A stretch of 64,000 nt of DNA. Origin: a virus. Below, in pieces: positions 18,483 through 27,720 of this stretch; the first letter of the stretch is position 1; each line of letters starts with the position of its first letter. Both the position numbers and the translations under genes were made by a program. Under the pieces are notes generated by a model, which saw only the letters and a list, made by a program, of their open reading frames with translations, did not search any database and had not been told where the DNA came from. The stretch is from positions 366,259-430,258 of IMG/VR virus record IMGVR_UViG_3300038463_000730, one strand, 5' to 3'.

Positions 18483-19391
18483 TTATGCAAGTGACTTAGG
18501 GTCTTTCCAAGAGTCTTGAGTCAAAAACCCGGCGAAAAATGGCGCGGACAAACCCGGCCTACTGATCCAGCAGAGGAACGGCTTCTCGATGCGAAGCATC
18601 GGCGGAGTAGAACGCGCCGCAAGACCACGCATCATCCCGACCGCCACGGCAGACTCGGCTCGTGCTCCGATCTCGTTCATCTTGAACTTGGTTTGCTGAA
18701 GCGCCTGCGAAATCTTCCACCACTCATCCTTCTTCGGCCCGTCGATGACTTGCGTCTTCATGCCGAGGAGCCAACCGATATCGACCTCCTGATTGAGATC
18801 GACCATTGGAAACACGACGCCTTCGTACTCACGACTCGGGATCAAGTTGGCCGCGATGTCCTGAACCTTCGCCGTGAGCTTCAGCCCTTCCAACTCCGTC
18901 TCGGCGATCGTCATGTAGACGTGGTCACCGGTTTTCGTTTCGAGCTGAGCAATCGGGTGAGGATGCTTCTTTGAACTGAGGATGCTGGAGTTGTCTCCCT
19001 TGACGCAGACGCCGGGATACTCCTGGCTCCGATCACCATTGAAGTAGACGTGACTCTTCGTTCCGGGCTCGACCCACTCGACCAGAACATCCATGATGGA
19101 GACGCAGCCGAACTCGCCCCGGTCCTTGTTGAAGTCCTGAAGCTTGATGGTGAAACCGCGCGACTTCATCCAATCGTTCAATTCGGCGGCTACCTCGGAG
19201 ACCCTTGTTTGAATTTCCGATAGACTCGTTGCCTCCTTGATGATCTTGTCCGTATAGGTATCGGCCAAGAAAAGCTTCTGCTGATCGTTGTCCGAGATCC
19301 AGCCGTTGGTCTTCCCGAGATACTCCACGGCGTTGTAGACAGCCGTGACGATCGGGAGGGTGCAGGACGTTTTGCTTGTTGTCTTTTCCAT
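18483..19391 (-). CDS. hypothetical protein
   Basis: 302-aa ORF. Confidence 0.5.
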   Translation of the reverse strand: MEKTTSKTSCTLPIVTAVYNAVEYLGKTNGWISDNDQQKLFLADTYTDKIIKEATSLSEIQTRVSEVAAELNDWMKSRGFTIKLQDFNKDRGEFGCVSIMDVLVEWVEPGTKSHVYFNGDRSQEYPGVCVKGDNSSILSSKKHPHPIAQLETKTGDHVYMTIAETELEGLKLTAKVQDIAANLIPSREYEGVVFPMVDLNQEVDIGWLLGMKTQVIDGPKKDEWWKISQALQQTKFKMNEIGARAESAVAVGMMRGLAARSTPPMLRIEKPFLCWISRPGLSAPFFAGFLTQDSWKDPKSLA

Positions 19392-19426
19392 GTTCGTCTC
19401 CTACTTTCCAGTCTTGAGAGGCAGTT

Positions 19427-19693
19427 TCATTTTCGTCTTACCTTCACTACCTTGTCTAGGTCATTGTCGATCACCTGAGCGAATGCCTTGTAGACTTTGA
19501 TACGGGATCGGAACCGAAGAACATCCGGATCATTACGATCCTTGACGAACTTGGAACCAGTCCAGTATCGATACCCAGATACCTCGCCTCTCCCGGAATC
19601 GTTGTATAACCAACACTTGATGACATAGTCATACAAAGGTTGACTACTGAAGATACCCGTCCGAGGTTTACCCAGGTTCGACGTCACGTTCAT
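19427..19693 (-). CDS. hypothetical protein
   Basis: 88-aa ORF. Confidence 0.4.
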   Translation of the reverse strand: MNVTSNLGKPRTGIFSSQPLYDYVIKCWLYNDSGRGEVSGYRYWTGSKFVKDRNDPDVLRFRSRIKVYKAFAQVIDNDLDKVVKVRRK

Positions 19694-19907
19694 TCGTAAA
19701 CTCCACTTCGATCTTCAGATGCAACTTCACCGTCCTGCCGATCGGCAAGGAGAAATTGTAACCGTCATGGCGAATGAATTTCGGAACAACATCACTAGGT
19801 GAACCTAGTTCGTGGTTCACTATCTCATAAGCCCGCTGAGTTCGATCGATGAAGTCGTATATGATACCTTGTTCTTCAACTCTCTTCTTACGGGGCTTAT
19901 TACTCAT
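19668..19907 (-). CDS. hypothetical small protein (start trimmed to MSNKPRKK… to clear the tRNA)
   Basis: The ORF-track start at 19985 lies inside the tRNA-Leu. Confidence 0.35.
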   Translation of the reverse strand: MSNKPRKKRVEEQGIIYDFIDRTQRAYEIVNHELGSPSDVVPKFIRHDGYNFSLPIGRTVKLHLKIEVEFTNERDVEPG

Positions 19908-19909
19908 CG

Positions 19910-19991
19910 TACGCGGTGAGGGACTTGAACCCCCATGCCTTGCGGCGCTGGAACCTAAATCCAGTGCGTCTGCCAATTCCGCCAACCGCGC
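19910..19991 (-). tRNA. tRNA-Leu (anticodon TAG), type II
   Basis: Anticodon arm CUGGA-UUUAGGU-UCCAG, long variable arm, T-arm GGGGG-UUCAAGU-CCCUC, acceptor GCGCGGU/ACCGCGU. Confidence 0.7.
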
Positions 19992-19999
19992 GTATTACG

Positions 20000-20254
20000 T
20001 TACCGTCTCAGAGCCCGAGCCACACCGAATCCAAGAAGAGTCGCTCCTAATATCATCATCAACCCCAACCAATTCCGCATGACTACATCGGTAATGATTG
20101 TCGCAGCAACAACAACCATACCTACCTTGATGACAAGTGGCGCTTTCTTTATGTAGTTCTTCATCGGAAAGCCAACAGTACACCGATTGTCATGGACAGC
20201 AAGAGAATCAGTACCGTTACCCCAGGATAACGTGCGAAAAACTCCTGCCACCAA
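20000..20254 (-). CDS. small membrane protein
   Basis: Two TM helices. Confidence 0.4.
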   Translation of the reverse strand: MVAGVFRTLSWGNGTDSLAVHDNRCTVGFPMKNYIKKAPLVIKVGMVVVAATIITDVVMRNWLGLMMILGATLLGFGVARALRR

Positions 20255-20436
20255 AGAGCATAGAAACGGCGTTGCAAAAGACTCGTCAAGGTGATTCGAT
20301 CTTCATACCGAGGCTCTTCGACCTGTCGAACAATCCTGGATCGTTTCGCCCTGATATCCTGTTCAATTCTGAGTGCCCACTCTCGTCGAATGGTTTCGAC
20401 TGACCGTAGGTTCGTCTTCACACCTGTTGAAGTCAT
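20161..20436 (-). CDS. small membrane protein
   Basis: C-terminal TM helix. Overlaps 20000-20254, so one of the two may be mis-called. Confidence 0.35.
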   Translation of the reverse strand: MTSTGVKTNLRSVETIRREWALRIEQDIRAKRSRIVRQVEEPRYEDRITLTSLLQRRFYALWWQEFFARYPGVTVLILLLSMTIGVLLAFR

Positions 20437-20454
20437 TACAACACCGATCCAATG

Positions 20455-21144
20455 CTATTTCTTTTCCGCCTTACACGTATCACACCAGCAACCGCACCCA
20501 ACGAGGCACGGTCCGGTATGAAGACACGCATCCGTTACATTGTTCCCGCCACGTTTTTGATTGACGTAGCCTCTGAACGTCAGAGATATCCGCTCGCCAC
20601 ATTGAAAGCTGGCCTTCGGAATACGATGCTCGAAACGATCCTGCATACCAGGCGCCATAAAGCAAGCGCTCCCATTACCGAGCTTCAGTCTCGTTTCGGA
20701 CTGGTCTTCATAGACCGTCGCATCGAATTGCTTCTTCGGCCTGAAACAAATCTCGCGCTCAACGCCCAAGCTCACCGTAACGATCGGGCGAGCGTCGTCC
20801 ATCTCGGGTGAGTCGTCCGCATGCCACCCAAGGTGGTCAGATTGGTTCAGGTAGCGATTGAGGAAGCACACCTCGAACTTCGGAACGATGTTCGGGTACA
20901 ACGTCGGAGCAAGCTTCTCCAACTCCAAACGAATCGCCAGGATGGCCGGGATCATCGGGCGCGGAAGATACTCCCGGACACCACGACCTCGACCATAGAC
21001 ATACGGATTGGGAAAGTCGTTGCAATAGTATTCGCAACGCGGGGCATCGCTACGACGCTCCCATTCCAACCCATTCTGCAAAGCCTCCAAGGTCCGATCC
21101 GGATCTTGAACGAAGTTGGGTATGTATTGCGTCGGTGCTTTCAT
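20455..21144 (-). CDS. AlkB-like 2OG-Fe(II) dioxygenase with a C-terminal Cys-rich tail
   Basis: LGWHADD (HxD) and a downstream EHRIP histidine. The C-terminus reads CLHTGPCLVGCGCWCDTC. Confidence 0.6.
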   Translation of the reverse strand: MKAPTQYIPNFVQDPDRTLEALQNGLEWERRSDAPRCEYYCNDFPNPYVYGRGRGVREYLPRPMIPAILAIRLELEKLAPTLYPNIVPKFEVCFLNRYLNQSDHLGWHADDSPEMDDARPIVTVSLGVEREICFRPKKQFDATVYEDQSETRLKLGNGSACFMAPGMQDRFEHRIPKASFQCGERISLTFRGYVNQKRGGNNVTDACLHTGPCLVGCGCWCDTCKAEKK

Positions 21145-21156
21145 TGGAACTACTTG

Positions 21157-21229
21157 TGGGCCCGGCCGGACTTGAACCGGCGACCTACGGATTAAAAGTC
21201 CGCAGCTCTACCAACTGAGCTACGGGCCC
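21157..21229 (-). tRNA. tRNA-Lys (anticodon TTT)
   Basis: GGGCCCG-UA-GCUC-AGUUGGUA-GAGC-U-GCGGA-CUUUUAA-UCCGU-AGGUC-GCCGG-UUCAAGU-CCGGC-CGGGCCC-A; fully canonical. Confidence 0.8.
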
Positions 21230-21293
21230 GGATTGAAACGTCGCGTCAAGCACTCTCCTTTTAGCACGGCTAGAACGAAACTCAAGAGTTCTT

Positions 21294-21692
21294 TCACCCC
21301 GTATCGGCAATCATCCGGGCATTCCGGAGGTTCGTGAAAATCAGCCCGATCGAATGGTCAGCCTGATCCTGTTGGCCCTCGACGTACCGCTCCAACGCTT
21401 TGCAGAGGAAGTAGAGCGTTCGAAAGTAATTCACACCGTACGTTGGCATGTTGGAATCGCCATCCTTCAGAATGTATTCCGTTACCATTCTGGTTGCATA
21501 TTCCAATTCTTTGTGCAGGAAAACCCAAATGATCCGGTAATTCCCATCGACAGATAGCCTGGTGGCTTTCAATGCCTTGCGGAAACCTGAGCCTATCATG
21601 GTTGGATTCCGAACTCCCGATGGTTCGGGTAGCCCTCGGAAATGTTCATAGTAGGTCTGTAACGTTAATAGGAATTCCATATGACCGTCCAT
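21294..21692 (-). CDS. hypothetical protein
   Basis: 132-aa ORF. Confidence 0.45.
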   Translation of the reverse strand: MDGHMEFLLTLQTYYEHFRGLPEPSGVRNPTMIGSGFRKALKATRLSVDGNYRIIWVFLHKELEYATRMVTEYILKDGDSNMPTYGVNYFRTLYFLCKALERYVEGQQDQADHSIGLIFTNLRNARMIADTG

Positions 21693-21882
21693 GGATTTTC
21701 ATCGCCTCCTCGAAGCCAAGGCAGAACTGTCTGCGTTCCTGCAATGTACTGAACTGAAAGTATTCGTGGTCATACAGGACCGACATCTTCTCACCGAGCC
21801 CAGGCAGAAGGAGCCACCGAATGAATTCTTTTGGGTCGTCGGTTTCGAAAACAAACACAGGATGGGGCAAGAGACACTTCAA
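21646..21882 (-). CDS. hypothetical protein
   Basis: 78-aa ORF. Confidence 0.35.
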   Translation of the reverse strand: MKCLLPHPVFVFETDDPKEFIRWLLLPGLGEKMSVLYDHEYFQFSTLQERRQFCLGFEEAMKIHGRSYGIPINVTDLL

Positions 21883-21902
21883 GTAAACAGTAAAAACCCT
21901 GC

Positions 21903-22220
21903 CTACTCCATAAGAGCGAGCCTTTGTTTCCGTTCGGAGTGTAAGAACCGAAGTAATTTGTCTGCCTCTTGGGAAACTCTACGGGCTACTTCGATGAGTT
22001 TAATATCCCCGGATAAGCGCGCAGAGTGTTCAAAGCCATCCATAAAGTCGGTGATGCGTGCAACTGTATCGACTGCATCCTTCAGAGTAATGATCAGCTT
22101 GATTCGAAGATATAGCCCATTGAAGCAGTCATTTAAGCAGCGATCAGCAAAGTCCGCAAGGGCTATCTTCCAACCTGTGTCTTTCTCATCGACCGCTGGT
22201 TTATTGTCTTCATTTGTCAT
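21903..22220 (-). CDS. hypothetical protein
   Basis: 105-aa ORF. Confidence 0.4.
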   Translation of the reverse strand: MTNEDNKPAVDEKDTGWKIALADFADRCLNDCFNGLYLRIKLIITLKDAVDTVARITDFMDGFEHSARLSGDIKLIEVARRVSQEADKLLRFLHSERKQRLALME

Positions 22221-22557
22221 TCTTTTCCTTTAGCTTTTCTTCAGCAAGCTTTAGTTTTTCATCCAAATCGTGGAGCTTGAGACTGGCTGCATTCAACAGC
22301 CATTGGAGCTGATCTGCGTATTCTTCCTTTAAATCGAAATCAATCATGTCCCAATCTCTAAAGAGATCCGGTATCTCACGAGCTGTCTTGGTCAGCCCGT
22401 TAATGAATTGATCACGTGTTAGATTGCCAACGTAATATTCTGGCTTCTCCTCGGCCAAAAGATTTGACAATGGAATTGGCACGCTAGACGGGATTGAATC
22501 CAGCACTTCTTGCACCGATTCCTCGTCAACCTGTTGAGGTTTACGCTTTGCTTTCAT
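22210..22557 (-). CDS. hypothetical protein (coiled-coil C-terminus)
   Basis: 115-aa ORF. Confidence 0.4.
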   Translation of the reverse strand: MKAKRKPQQVDEESVQEVLDSIPSSVPIPLSNLLAEEKPEYYVGNLTRDQFINGLTKTAREIPDLFRDWDMIDFDLKEEYADQLQWLLNAASLKLHDLDEKLKLAEEKLKEKNDK

Positions 22558-23074
22558 CTTTTTCCTTTAGAACGGTGAGAAACTCGTGGTCATCCCACGC
22601 TCGTTCGATCGTATGGAGAAGCCGCTCGACACGAGGGCGATCAGTAATCGCGATGACTTGGTCACCAATATTAATGTAAACACCGTCTTGATCAGCTTGG
22701 ATACTAATGTCAGAGGGTTCCTCCTCTGCATACTCGATGTAGGGCCGATTCATAATCTCCGAATCGGTTCGGAGCCATCCTTCCGACTTGGCCGGGCGAA
22801 CTGTCGGAGCTATCGTCTCGGGTCCATTCGTCTCACTTTCACTCTCCGGGCTCTTGGTTAGGACTTGAGCCGTGACTGACTTAATGAATACAGAAGGACG
22901 ACCGGCTGTCGTCTCATCACTAACAGGTTCTTGTCCGGGAACGGGAGTATCGAAAGAATCGAAAGGATCAGGAGCCATTAGTGGCCGTAACTGGCCAAGG
23001 ATTCGGATCTCGGGCCTGCCCTTCGTTGTCCCAAGCCTCGAACTCCTGGAGCAACTGACGAAGCTTCGGAACAT
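22541..23074 (-). CDS. hypothetical protein
   Basis: 177-aa ORF. Confidence 0.45.
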   Translation of the reverse strand: MFRSFVSCSRSSRLGTTKGRPEIRILGQLRPLMAPDPFDSFDTPVPGQEPVSDETTAGRPSVFIKSVTAQVLTKSPESESETNGPETIAPTVRPAKSEGWLRTDSEIMNRPYIEYAEEEPSDISIQADQDGVYINIGDQVIAITDRPRVERLLHTIERAWDDHEFLTVLKEKDESKA

Positions 23075-23366
23075 CTTCGCGCTTCATGATCGCGTTGTCC
23101 CAATGACCGTAGCTCGATTTGTAACCTAGAACATACTTGATCGCAGTCCAGCACCGTTTGAAGAATCTATCGTAGGTATTAAGATAAACCTCGACCGAAA
23201 CCTCGTTATCCCGCCAATCTTTGGCCTTCATGAAGACGTAACGGTAGGTATGCTCCGGGCTATGGCAGCTGCACTCAATGTACTCAGTCTGAAGATCCTT
23301 CATGTTGTTTCCCGCCAGTAAGGTAATTCGCAAGCAAGATGAGACAGTACACGGCCGCCCCATCAA
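22968..23366 (-). CDS. hypothetical protein
   Basis: 132-aa ORF. Confidence 0.4.
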   Translation of the reverse strand: MMGRPCTVSSCLRITLLAGNNMKDLQTEYIECSCHSPEHTYRYVFMKAKDWRDNEVSVEVYLNTYDRFFKRCWTAIKYVLGYKSSYGHWDNAIMKREDVPKLRQLLQEFEAWDNEGQARDPNPWPVTATNGS

Positions 23367-23417
23367 TACATATCCAATATATCTGCTTGGATATGAACTC
23401 GGACCAAAAAGTCTCGA

Positions 23418-23696
23418 TCATCTCATCACTTCAGCCTTCCGGAGTCTCTCAATGAGACCAGTCTCCTCGACTCGACAAAGGCGTTCATGGATGATCTCCA
23501 TCAACATCATCAGGTTATGCCCGAGACTATTGCCTGAGTTGTCAAGATTCATCGAGCGAATCTGCTGAGCAATTGCATCGAACTGATTTTGTAATGCGCC
23601 AATCTGTTCGCATTGGCGAGTCCTGTATCCGGTGTAAACTGGTGAAAAGTAATATCCATTCTGGTAGTTCATAAAGCAAAACGACAAGCCCACCAA
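23418..23696 (-). CDS. hypothetical protein
   Basis: 92-aa ORF. Confidence 0.4.
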   Translation of the reverse strand: MVGLSFCFMNYQNGYYFSPVYTGYRTRQCEQIGALQNQFDAIAQQIRSMNLDNSGNSLGHNLMMLMEIIHERLCRVEETGLIERLRKAEVMR

Positions 23697-23734
23697 GGAC
23701 TTGTCGTCAAACGCGAACTGAATTGTTATCCGGG

Positions 23735-24076
23735 CTAAACCGGATCTAACGACTTGCGAAACAAGTGACAGGCTTTAATGAATTCATCGTGCGGAGGGAC
23801 GGTTGGCGTTGGCTCAACCTTGTCTGGCAACAAGTCCCATAGCTCCGGGCGATACCAACAAAGCTGATGACCGGTTGCATCACGATCTGCTCGAATCGCT
23901 TCTCGAAGCCGGAGAACTGTTTCAATTAGGTCAGTCCTCGACATCTCCAAGACGTCCCGATCATTCGGGTCAGTAGCGAATTCTTCTTGGGTCAGCGGCG
24001 TCTCAGCCATCGTTGGATCCTGTTGAGAGCTTTGGAGACAAAGTACGGAGTCAGAGAGCGGATAGTATGAAACCAT
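23735..24076 (-). CDS. hypothetical protein
   Basis: 113-aa ORF. Confidence 0.4.
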   Translation of the reverse strand: MVSYYPLSDSVLCLQSSQQDPTMAETPLTQEEFATDPNDRDVLEMSRTDLIETVLRLREAIRADRDATGHQLCWYRPELWDLLPDKVEPTPTVPPHDEFIKACHLFRKSLDPV

Positions 24077-24208
24077 CTACGCTTCGGTAAATAATAGAAC
24101 GCCGGGTGAAGATGCCCAAACCCACCAGCGGCAGCCCACGCTTGGTTAACTGCGGCTTTCTCTGCTGGAGACGGAGGATACTTATCCCAGTCTCGATGCT
24201 GAGGTACG

Positions 24209-24541
24209 CTAGTAGCCACGACGTATGGCAGGCTTCTGCAACCGGCAACCGTTGTTCAGGCTCATACTCCTGGCACATTCGATTGCGACCGGGTTCGGGT
24301 TGCCCTTGAGGGCAATGGTACATGATACATACCCGTCACCATCGCTATCCAGGTCAACGCAATCGACGCCCTGGACATCGTAGTTCATCTTCTTGGCCCA
24401 CTTGGCGGCTTCGCTCTCGGCCGTGTCGTGAGAGTTGAAAGCGAACTTGTAGATGCCGCCACCGATGATCAGTAGGACGACTCCTCCGATCGCCATGACG
24501 ATCATCAACTCGATCAAAGTGAATGCGCGACTATTCTTCAT
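24209..24541 (-). CDS. type IV pilin / pseudopilin-like protein (prepilin N-terminal methylation domain)
   Basis: N-terminus MKNSRAFTLIELMIVMAIGGVVLL is the class III signal-peptide/N-methylation motif (FTLIELMIV). Confidence 0.5.
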   Translation of the reverse strand: MKNSRAFTLIELMIVMAIGGVVLLIIGGGIYKFAFNSHDTAESEAAKWAKKMNYDVQGVDCVDLDSDGDGYVSCTIALKGNPNPVAIECARSMSLNNGCRLQKPAIRRGY

Positions 24542-24554
24542 AGCTAACTCCAGG

Positions 24555-24637
24555 TGGGAACGGAGGGACTTGAACCCTCACGCCAGTTACGGCAATTGAT
24601 TTTGAGTCAATCGTGTCTGCCATTCCACCACGTTCCC
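24555..24637 (-). tRNA. tRNA-Leu (anticodon CAA), type II
   Basis: Anticodon arm AUUGA-CUCAAAA-UCAAU, long variable arm, T-arm GAGGG-UUCAAGU-CCCUC, acceptor GGGAACG/CGUUCCC. Confidence 0.7.
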
Positions 24638-24667
24638 ATGCCGCTTGCGCGGCTCGTGCCCCGATCG

Positions 24668-25831
24668 TTACTCGACGCTCGTGATTACACCAGCGGCGAC
24701 AGTTCGTCCACCCTCACGAACGGCGAACCGCACTCCAGGCTCCATCCCGACCGGCTTCTGTAGAAGCAACGTGACATCCGCGTTATCTCCTGGAGAGATC
24801 ACGCTCTCGAAACCTTCGATGCTTCCCGTGACATCGGTTGGCCCGAAAAAGAATTGAGGACGGTAACCCGCGCTGATTGCCGTGTGACGTCCGCCTTCCT
24901 TCGTCGGGATCATATACAGCTTCGCTTTAGCCTTGGTGTGAGGCTTGACGCTACCAGGCAGAATGATGATCTGTCCCTTCTCTACCTCATTGCGATCGAC
25001 CCCGCGAAGTTTCAATCCGACATTTTCTCCGGCGCGCGCTTCCAATTGTGACTTGTGGAACATTTCGATTCCGGTCACGACAACCTCGCGCGGCTTCGAA
25101 TCGACATCGACGAAGCCAATAATCTCGACCGTTGCGTTGACGGGCAACACACCGCGCTCGACCTTCCCGGTAACAACCGTTCCAATCCCTTTGATCGTGT
25201 GAACGCCTTCAATCGGCATCATGAACGGAGCATCATAGTTACGCACCGGATCGGTAATGTGAGTCTGCATTGCACCGAGTAACTCTTGGATGCAACCGCC
25301 ATCCTCAGCCGGATTACGATAGGCCTTCAGTGCCGAACCTTTCACGACCGGCGAATCGGTATAGCCGTGCATCTTGAGGCAGTCGTTCACTTCCTCGATG
25401 ACAAGTTCGAGCAACTCGGGGTCCGCCACGTCAACCTTGTTAACGAACACCACGATTTTCGAAACACCAACCTGTTTTGCCAACAGGATATGTTCCTTGG
25501 TCTGGTATTGTGTACCTTGAGAACCATCGACCAACAGGATTGCGCCATCCATCTGCGCGGCTCCGGTGATCATGTTCTTGATGTAATCCGCGTGTCCGGG
25601 GCAATCGATATGCGCATAGTGACGCTTATCGGTCTCGTACTCGACGTGAGCGATCTGGATCGTAACGGTCTTCGAGTCATCTCGAACCGTTCCGCCCTTC
25701 GCGATATCCGCGTACTCTTTGCCCTTAGCAAGCTTCAACTGCTCCTGAACGGCCAGGATTGCCGCCGTGAGAGTTGTCTTACCATGATCAACGTGCCCAA
25801 TCGTTCCAACATTCACATGTGTCTTTGACAT
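24668..25831 (-). CDS. tuf: translation elongation factor Tu
   Basis: GHVDHGKTTL, DCPGHADY and NKVD G-domain motifs; EF-Tu-like domains II and III across 387 aa. Confidence 0.9.
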   Translation of the reverse strand: MSKTHVNVGTIGHVDHGKTTLTAAILAVQEQLKLAKGKEYADIAKGGTVRDDSKTVTIQIAHVEYETDKRHYAHIDCPGHADYIKNMITGAAQMDGAILLVDGSQGTQYQTKEHILLAKQVGVSKIVVFVNKVDVADPELLELVIEEVNDCLKMHGYTDSPVVKGSALKAYRNPAEDGGCIQELLGAMQTHITDPVRNYDAPFMMPIEGVHTIKGIGTVVTGKVERGVLPVNATVEIIGFVDVDSKPREVVVTGIEMFHKSQLEARAGENVGLKLRGVDRNEVEKGQIIILPGSVKPHTKAKAKLYMIPTKEGGRHTAISAGYRPQFFFGPTDVTGSIEGFESVISPGDNADVTLLLQKPVGMEPGVRFAVREGGRTVAAGVITSVE

Positions 25832-26127
25832 GTTACCTTACTCGGGTTGCCAGCCCTTCACCACACTACGTTAGCCCCGCCAGACGAGTTCTGGCTCCAG
25901 AGGCGTGAACTTTTGTGTCATATTATTGATAGACACTATCGACAAGTTCAATACTACGAAGTCTTTCCCCAGCGTTCGAGGTATTCCTTCAACTTGGCCA
26001 CGGCGACTTGCCATGAACAAGCGACGCAAGCCAGGATGTAATCCAGCTTGCCAGTTCCGGTATCGCACCGGTCAACATCATCTTTGCAGCGAGGGCATCT
26101 CATATTCTGTCCTGGGCTTGGAGTTAG

Positions 26128-26290
26128 TAGCACCGTCGAATGTGGTACGGTTCACGCGGACAGGACTCGAACCTGCGATCCAGGACCCTGGAGGCGTAGT
26201 TTCATACGCTGTGTATAGCCACTCCACCAACACGCTGCCGAATGACGACGACGGTGCTAGGGGTCGGAATTGATCCACGACCCCCAGCTC
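26128..26290 (-). ncRNA. tRNA-like / structured RNA of uncertain class
   Basis: GCAGG-UUCGAGU-CCUGU T-arm-like hairpin, a GAA-containing 6-nt loop hairpin (GCGUA-UGAAAC-UACGC), flanking 9-10 bp inverted repeat (agcaccgtcg / cgacggtgct), adjacent GGGGTCG…CGACCCC hairpin. No canonical acceptor could be paired. Confidence 0.3.
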
Positions 26291-26299
26291 GACATCGCA

Positions 26300-26512
26300 T
26301 TACCTTTGATTGAATCCACGACCCAATGGGGCAACCGTAATGGTTTTCTCACCGTCTTTGGTTCGCATCATCAAATCGAAGTGATCGGATAGCCCGATGA
26401 TTTGATCGGAGTTGTAATCCCCAATCAATCCCTTCGGGGTATCCTGGTAGGGCAGGCCTTTAGCCTGGAAGTCCTTCCAGGCCTCGGGCCAAACGATCAG
26501 CGCGTACCTCAT
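26300..26512 (-). CDS. hypothetical small protein (internal-Met start, 4-nt overlap with nadE)
   Basis: The N-terminus of the ORF-track version overlaps NadE out of frame; start trimmed to MRYALIVW. Confidence 0.35.
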   Translation of the reverse strand: MRYALIVWPEAWKDFQAKGLPYQDTPKGLIGDYNSDQIIGLSDHFDLMMRTKDGEKTITVAPLGRGFNQR

Positions 26513-27408
26513 ACGTCTACGTAACCAAGACCCAGCAACAAACCGGTATGAACCTGGCAGACCGGCATATTCGGGTTGTGCTTGTGGCGCGAGACCTTCT
26601 CCATCCGGTGCAACGTCTTCAGTACGTGTCGTTCCCGCTCGGAGTATGAGCCCCATTGTTCATGTTTCTCCGGATGGTTGTCGTGGAAGATCATGTTGGT
26701 CTTCACGTCTTCCTTGTCCGCCCACTCGATCTCGTCGTACGTCAGCCCTAGTTCCTTCTCGTCCTCCTGGCCAGCATCGGCACCCCAGAGGTCCGCGCTC
26801 GGTTTGGCTCGGTAGATTGCGGTCGCGGCCGGACCCATCGATTTCTTGCCGCCATCGGTTGTGAGATGGTGGAACAACGAGTTGACTTCGCTCTTCCATA
26901 GATCGGCAATCGGTGCGATATCGACGCAACCGTCACCAAACTTCTGGTAGTAGCGCGTAATATGATCCTCGCTTCGGTTGCCCGTGCCGAGGATGATCCC
27001 ATTCAATGCATGAGCCATGAGTGACAGCGGCGGAGCCCGGAGACATGAGCGTAGTGCTCCGGCAACAGCTCGATCGTTCGTGTCCTTGGTTGCTAGGTTG
27101 TGTCGCCCGACTTGATCGTTGAACTGGCGCATGACCGAAGCATGAGCATCGACTAGGTCGATCTTGATCATCTTAATCCCTTGCTCTTCGGCAAAGGCAT
27201 TGGCCCGGTCGAACGCCGAGGGCGAACTATGACAGGGAAGGTTGGCCCAGAGCGACGGGATGCCGGTCTGCTTGGCCAGGAGAGCTACTAGCGCCGAGTC
27301 GATTCCGCCCGACAAGCCTCCAACCCAAGCGGCAGCACCAGCCTTGGCTTGGTAGTCCGACATCCATGTCACGATATGACCGGCAACCATTTGATGATTC
27401 TTGATCAT
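26509..27408 (-). CDS. nadE: NH3-dependent NAD+ synthetase
   Basis: SGGIDS PP-loop and a C-terminal block (…HKHNP…P) resembling the NadE C-terminal region. Confidence 0.85.
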   Translation of the reverse strand: MIKNHQMVAGHIVTWMSDYQAKAGAAAWVGGLSGGIDSALVALLAKQTGIPSLWANLPCHSSPSAFDRANAFAEEQGIKMIKIDLVDAHASVMRQFNDQVGRHNLATKDTNDRAVAGALRSCLRAPPLSLMAHALNGIILGTGNRSEDHITRYYQKFGDGCVDIAPIADLWKSEVNSLFHHLTTDGGKKSMGPAATAIYRAKPSADLWGADAGQEDEKELGLTYDEIEWADKEDVKTNMIFHDNHPEKHEQWGSYSERERHVLKTLHRMEKVSRHKHNPNMPVCQVHTGLLLGLGYVDV

Positions 27409-27482
27409 TGAATTGGCCTTTCACCAAGTGTAGATGCATGAATTGAAAATTCCAAACATTGACTGAAGAAGTGTACGACGGT

Positions 27483-27710
27483 TCATCCCTCTCCCTCCTT
27501 CTTGCCGCCCATTCCAAGTCGCTCAGCCTCGGCCGGATCCATTCGGAACGAGCCAGACGAAGCGTTTTTCTTCACCATCTTGTTGACCCGGCATACTTTG
27601 GCCAGGCCAGATTCGAACATTGCATTCTCGATGCGCTTCTTGATTAGATCCTCCGGCTCATCGATCTCGGTCAATAGTTCGATCGTTGCAATCCAGATTT
27701 TGACAGACAT
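27483..27710 (-). CDS. hypothetical small protein
   Basis: 75-aa ORF filling the gap. Confidence 0.3.
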   Translation of the reverse strand: MSVKIWIATIELLTEIDEPEDLIKKRIENAMFESGLAKVCRVNKMVKKNASSGSFRMDPAEAERLGMGGKKEGEG

Positions 27711-27720
27711 GGTAGCTCCT

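Noticed and set aside
25871-26068. 65-aa minus-strand ORF between tuf and the structured-RNA region
   Set aside because: No Shine-Dalgarno sequence, and the amino-acid sequence is Arg/Gly-rich and low complexity. It is more likely leader, promoter or ncRNA sequence, and was left unannotated.
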